Assembly: GCA_963789395.1 (NCBI GenBank)
Contig: CAWBKP010000005.1
Span: forward strand, 64,001 to 128,000
DNA length: 64,000 nucleotides
DNA from: an uncultured delta proteobacterium
Lineage (GTDB): Bacteria > Desulfobacterota > Desulfobacteria > Desulfobacterales > Desulfatirhabdiaceae
Direction of reading: 5' to 3'
Each line of letters opens with the position of its first letter. Within the stretch, counting starts at the first letter, position 1. Positions 58,412-64,000 of this stretch are shown here, in pieces. The notes under the pieces are model-generated. The model was not told the DNA's origin and made no database searches. It saw only the letters and a list, made by a program, of their open reading frames with translations. Both the position numbers and the translations under genes were made by a program.

Positions 58412-59071
58412 CTATATCATCGAAATGATTTCATTGACGAGTTTTTCGATGCCGACCGCCACATCCTTGATTCCGGGTCCCAGCATATAGGCCGGCGTTG
58501 AAACGATGCGGTTGGCCTTGTCCACATGAATCCGGTCAACGGTGCAGATCCTTGTGGCGCCCGCCCATGCGCTCGATGCCGGCCGCTGTTCCGGTGTCAT
58601 TTCCGATGGTGACCTCCGGTTTTTTGTCGGCAATGGCGCGGACAAGGGTTGCCGGTGCAATGCAAATGGCGCCGACCGGCTTTCCGGCAGCCACCATGTC
58701 CCGGATCAGGCGCTCAACATCCGGCTGCACCACGGCATCCGGGCCTTTGAATGGCAAAATCGCTCAGGTTTTTGGCTGCCCCGAATCCGCCGGGAAGGAT
58801 CAAGGCATCCAGTTCCGATGCCTTGACCTTGGCGACATCCCGGATGTTTCCCCTGGCGATCCGCGCCGATTCCACCAGAACGTTTCTTTTTTCCGACAGT
58901 TTCCTGATGGGTCAGGTGATTGATCACATGAAACTGGTCCACATCGGGGGCCATACACAGCGCCTCTGCCCCTGCCCTGTCCAGAAACAGCAGCGTCAGA
59001 ACAGACTCATGAATCTCGGCCCCATCAAAAACCCCGCATCCCGATAACAATACGCCGACTTTTTTTGACAT
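58412..59071 (-). CDS. elbB: DJ-1/PfpI-family glyoxalase ElbB (frameshifted)
   Basis: [50 protein letters not shown]. Confidence 0.93.
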
Positions 59072-59188
59072 ACCTGGCCTCCTTTCTGATATTCCGTGCA
59101 AATGAAAAGGTTTTTCTTGACAAATAACGGATAAGGATGGTTGAAAAGGTTGACTTTTTTCGAATTCATCAACCTTTTGCTGGATATT

Positions 59189-59461
59189 ATGGAAATGCCC
59201 CTAACGCCTTCCGATGATCGCTCCCGGCGAGAAATCCTGTCCGAAATCTTTTCGATCATAAAAAAAATCATTGACCGCTCCGCCGGCACGGGTCTCAAGG
59301 TAAACAAAGGTATCGATGCGGCCCTGATGCTCAATCAGAAGGGGGCTGGAAACCTGCTCGAAAACGGGGATTTGCTGTTCAAGAACATCGGCGAGCCCCC
59401 ACGGCTGCTGAGCATCGCGGAACGCAGACTCATTTTTACAGCCAGGAACAATAATTTATAA
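59189..59461 (+). pseudogene. Short ORF carrying a fragment resembling the end of an FtsK/SpoIIIE motor domain
   Basis: LKVNKGIDAALMLNQKGAGNLLENGDLLFKNIGEPPRL resembles the FtsK motif VxSxxDSxxILxxxGAExLLGxGDMLF; no Walker motifs. Confidence 0.45.
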
Positions 59462-59603
59462 CCTGTTCTTGGATAGCGATATGCCATCAAGCCCTGCTTT
59501 CATTGCTTGGCAGGCGCGGGACGGTGACAATTTTTTTCTCAAAAGGTACCCACATAAACAGCACCTTTTCAGCGCTGTTTATGCACGGTTACTGGATAAC
59601 GAT

Positions 59604-62374
59604 TCAAGCCGCTTTGGAAAGCTTGACCGCGCACACTTTGTATTCCGGAATCTTGGACACCGGATCCAGCGCGGCGTTGGTCAGGCGGTTGGCTGCCGCC
59701 ATCGCAAAATGGAAGGGGATGAACACGGTTCCATCCACTGCTTTTTCAGACACTTTGATGACGGCTGTAATTTTTCCTCTGCGGGAGGCAACATCCACTT
59801 TATTGCCGTCTGAAAGGCCCAGTTTTCCGGCATCTTTTGATGATATTTCCACAAAACATTCCGGGGAGCGATCGTTGAGCCCTTCGGTTTTCATGGTCAT
59901 CGTGCCGGTATGATAGTGATAGATCACCCGGCCCGTGGTCAGGTAAAGCGGATAGTCTTCGCTGGTCTGTTCCGCCGGCGCAATGTATTCAATGCCGTGA
60001 AACACCCCTTTTCCGATCGGGAATTTTTCCGTGTGCAAAATGGGCGTTCCGGGGTGCGATCGCATCCGGACAGGGCCAGTGAATCCCCTCGTTTTCAATC
60101 CGGTCATAGGAAATGCCGGCATAGGAAGGCGTGACCCGGGAAATCTCTTCCATGATCGCCTGGCTGTTTTCGTAATTCATGGCATAGCCCATGCGCGTTG
60201 CGATCTCGCAGGTGATTTTCCAGTCATCCCAGAGCATCCCCGGGAGGATCGACGGCTTTTCGGACCCGCTGAACCCGGCGCTCGGTATTGGAAAACGTAC
60301 CGTCTTTTTCGGCAAAACACGTGGACGGCAGAATGACATCGGCCTGCTTGGCGGTTTCGGTCATGAAGATGTCCTGAACCACCAAAAAATCAAGATGGGC
60401 AATGCTTTTTTCGGCATGATTCAGATCCGGATCCGATACCAGGGGATTTTCGCCGATGATGTAAAGGGCCTTCAGTTCGCCGCTGTGGGCCTTTGGGATC
60501 ATCTCCGTAACGGTAAGCCCCGGCTTGGCCGGAAGACCTGTAACGCCCCAGGCGGTTTCCATTCGGCCTCTGGCAGCCTCATCGGCCACACCCTGATATC
60601 CGGAATAGACATTCGGCAGCCCCCCCATGTCACAGGCGCCCTGAACGTTGTTCTGGCCTCTTAGCGGGTTGACGCCGCCGCCGACAATCCCCAGATTGCC
60701 GCAGAGCATGGCCAGATTGGCCAGAGATTTGACATTGTCCGTTCCGGTGGTGTGCTGGGTAATTCCCATGCAGTACAGAATGCTGCCTGCGGCTGCACTG
60801 GCGTAGAGTCTGGCTGCATCGATCAGGCTTTTTGCCGGAATGCCGGTAATGGTTTCGACATGTTCCGGCGTATATTTTTCAACCACCTGTTTCAGCGCGT
60901 CAAAACCGGTCGTACGGTTTTCCACAAACGTCTTGTCATACAGCCCTTCCTTGATGATGACGTGCATCATGCCGTTGATCCAGGCCACATCGGTGCCCAG
61001 ATTGGGCCGGATCCACATATCGGCGAAACCGGCCATCTTGATTCTTCTGGGATCGACCACAATCAGTTTTGCGGTTTTTTTTGTCACGGCCCGTTTCACA
61101 AATGCCGAAAGAACCGGATGGTTTTCGGTGGTATTGGAGCCGGTAATCAGGACAACATCTGCTTTTTCCACATCCGCGATGGTATTTGTCATTGCACCAC
61201 TTCCGAAAGCTGCGGCCAGACCGGCCACGGTGGAGGAATGTCAGAGACGGGCGCAATGGTCGATATTGTTTGTTTTCAGCACTGCCCGGGTGAATTTGTT
61301 GGCAATGTAATTTTCTTCGTTGGTGACCCTGGCGGAAGTCAGCACGCCGATACTGTCTGGCCCATGGGCCGCCTTGATCCCCTCCAGCCGGCCGGCAACC
61401 AGACTTAAGGCTTCTTCCCAGGATGCTTCGCGGAACTCTCCATTTTTCTTGATCAAGGGCGTGGTCAGGCGCTCCGGGGAATGGATGAAATTAAAACCGA
61501 ATCTGCCCTTCACACACAGGCTCCCGTGGTTGGGAGCACTGTCTTCGACCCCGGAAACCTTTACCACCCGGTTGTCCTTGACATGAAGATACATCTGGCA
61601 TCCCACCCCGCAGTAGCTGCAGGTGGTTTTCACCGATGTGGTTTCCCAGGGCCGGACAGTATACCGGGTATCTTTTTCAACCAGCGCGCCGACCGGGCAT
61701 ACCTGAACGCATTCCCCGCAGAACACGCAGTCCGAGTCCTTCAGGGGGTTATCTCCGGCAGTGACAATCTTGGTCTCCGGGCCCCGGTACCCGAAATTGA
61801 TGGCGTTGTTGACCTGGACCTCGTTACAGGCCTGGACGCAGCGTCCGCACTGAATGCACCGTGAAAAATCCCGAATAATAAACGGATTGACGGTTTCCAT
61901 GGGATATCGGGTTTCCGTTGCCGGAAATCGGTTGCCGGTTACCTGATAGCGGTAGGCAAGGTCCTGAAGCCGGCAGTCTCCCCACACCGGGCAGAGCTCC
62001 GCGCTGCCGTCGTCTTTTTGAACCGAAAGCTGATAGGGGGTCCAGTCCGTGCTGCCGCCGCCATACACCGAGCAATTGTGATTGCCGGAGGAAAGCAGCA
62101 GCTGAAGAATCATCCGCCTTGCCTCAACGACCATCGGCGATTCCGTGAGCACAACCATGTTGGCGGTTGCCGGGGTTGCACAGGACGGCACCAGGCTTCG
62201 CGCCCCCTTGACCTCTACCACACAGATCCGGCAGGCACCGGTAGGTATCGTATTTTTCAGGTAACAAAGGGTTGGAATGCTGATGTCATGTCGACTGGCA
62301 ACATCCAGAATGGTTTCACCCGGTTCAAATGAAAATGCGTTTCCATTTATCGTAAGGGTCTGCTGGGAATCCAT
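59604..62374 (-). CDS. fdhF: Selenocysteine-containing formate dehydrogenase alpha subunit (N-terminal Fe-S module + Mo/W-bisPGD domain)
   Basis: [14 protein letters not shown], two CxxCxxCxxxC motifs, [26 protein letters not shown] in frame, [22 protein letters not shown]. Confidence 0.93.
61212..61228 (-). promoter_or_regulatory. Bacterial SECIS element
   Basis: GUGGCC-GGUCU-GGCCGC hairpin starting 12 nt after the in-frame UGA (61241-61243), with G first in the apical loop. Confidence 0.75.
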
Positions 62375-62486
62375 TGTTATGAATACTCCTTTTTGGTGAT
62401 ATGGCCTCAATGTCATTGACTTCAGACATCCTGTTCCAAAATCAGGGGTTACGTCCTGTTATCGGCAAAAATACATAGCGGTTCTG

Positions 62487-62914
62487 TTACAGAAATTGTC
62501 GCAATTTGTCAATCCACGAATACTTCGGAAAGATGTCATATTTTTCCACCAGCAGGAAATATGCCAGCAACCCATGCACGCTGCCGACCATGTCCGCCAG
62601 GACATCCATGACATCCGCGGTACGGTAAGGAACAAAATACTGGTGAATTTCATCGCTGATTCCATAAGCGGTTGAGGCTGAAATGCTGAGCAGGGACACC
62701 AGAAATAGCCGGTTTCCAGCCATGCAATGATCTGAAAGCCCTGAAAAAAAGGATCCCCAAAAACGCATAGCCAGGCAAATGCAGGTATTTATCCCCGAAA
62801 GGCACATCGTGGAGCCGCGCCATGGAAGGATAGGCGGACTGGATAAATATCACCGTGCAATACAGCACAACCGGCAGCCAGTATATCAGAAATATTTCTT
62901 TGTTTATCCTTCAT
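62487..62914 (-). CDS. VanZ-family membrane protein (frameshifted)
   Basis: IFIQS, DKYLH...YAFLG, YGISDEIHQYFVPYR.A...D.LAD..G. Confidence 0.85.
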
Positions 62915-64000
62915 GCGCCGTGACGTTTCAGCTTCAAACATCGATTCTGGTCAAGCTGTCTTTCGCGAATCACCGAAAGCAGTTTTTCAAGAAGCATTTC
63001 CGGAAGCATGCCATACCGAACCGTTCCATCCAGCGTTCTTACAGAAAGGGTTCCCGTTTCTTTTTCCTTGGCGCCGATCGTGAGGATTACCGGAATATGG
63101 TTGATCTGGGCTTCCCGGATTTTCTTGTTCAGGCTTTCGGTCCGGCCATCGATCTCAACCCGTATGCCGTGTTTCTCAAACAGGTCCCTGACCGCTTCGG
63201 CATGGGAAACCAGATCATCATTGATGGGAAGCATCGCCACCTGAACCGGCGCCAGCCACAAGGGAAATTTCCCTGCAAAATGCTCGACCAGAATCCCGAA
63301 AAACCGCTCAATCGAACCGTAAATCACCCGATGGATCATGATGGGCCGGTGTTTTTCATTGTCTTTTCCCACATAGGTCAGATTGAACCGTTCCGGCAGC
63401 GCCATATCCAGTTGAATGGTGCCGCACTGCCAGGTGCGACCCAGTGCATCCTTGATATGAATGTCGATCTTGGGGCCGTAAAATGCGCCGTCTCCCTCAT
63501 TGATTTTATACGCTTTTCCATATGCGTTCAGCGCGGATTTCAATCCATTGGTCGCCTCTTCCCATTGCTGCGTCCGTTCCGATGGATTTTGCCGGCCGGG
63601 TGGAGAGTTCCAGATGAAACCCCAGCCCGAAGGTATGGTAGATTCTTTCAACCAGCCGCAGCACCCCCAGGATTTCCGATTCAATCTGATCGGGCATCAT
63701 AAAAATATGGGCGTCGTCCTGATGAAACGCCCGAACCCGGAAAAGGCCCGAAAGCACGCCGCTCAGTTCATGCCGGTGCACCAGTCCGATTTCCGCGGCG
63801 CGTATGGGAAGATCCTTGTAAGAATGGGGCTTTAGCCCGTAAAGGAGCATGCCTCCCGGACAGTTCATGGGCTTGATGGCGTATTCGATCTCATCCACCT
63901 GGCTGGTGTACATGTTCTCGCGGTAGTTTTCCCAGTGGCCGCTGCGCTCCCAGAGGCCCCGGTTCAGCATGATCGGCGTTTTGGTCTCCACATAACCGGC
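62911..64000 (-). CDS. thrS: Threonine--tRNA ligase (3' part; frameshifted)
   Basis: SGHW, KPMNCP, HRHE.SG...[46 protein letters not shown]. Confidence 0.97.

Noticed and set aside
61241..61243. Nonsense mutation in fdh
   Set aside because: The TGA falls at the catalytic Cys/Sec position and is followed by a SECIS-like hairpin.

Overview
64 kb of chromosomal DNA, most likely from a sulfate-reducing Desulfobacterota (Desulfobacterales-like) organism; this is inferred from gene content and order. Most of the window is housekeeping: aap and liv ABC transporters, ftsY, HU, acyP, ligA, NAD kinase, hflKC, valS, nadC, lepA, leuCD, ferredoxin, ogt, tsaD, purM, alaC-hom-thrH, tRNA-fMet, U32 protein, deaminase, csp, rnc, dksA, elbB, a selenocysteine formate dehydrogenase and thrS. 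Roughly half the genes, including essential ones, are broken by single-base indels. I read these as long-read sequencing errors and report the reconstructed genes, so some ends are approximate. Most notable: (1) an islet at about 0.8-7.7 kb built around a multi-PAS histidine kinase and a NarL-type regulator. A 63-bp promoter module occurs twice there, ahead of PilZ/Cys-rich genes and ahead of CBM48/Hsp20 genes. The islet also holds three gene scars the ORF track misses: a truncated USP, a csp gene collapsed by deletion, and a decayed CBM48 duplicate. (2) A stand-alone protein resembling only the C-terminal part of BREX BrxC, head-to-head with an orphan HsdR-N-like domain. (3) An acidic PopZ/RomR-C-like gene upstream of valS, divergent from an uncalled bS22 gene. 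(4) A rhomboid-DnaJ_C fusion and a diguanylate cyclase-GNAT-DUF2156 operon. No CRISPR array, rRNA, integrase or IS element was seen. All family calls come from motif recognition, not database searches.
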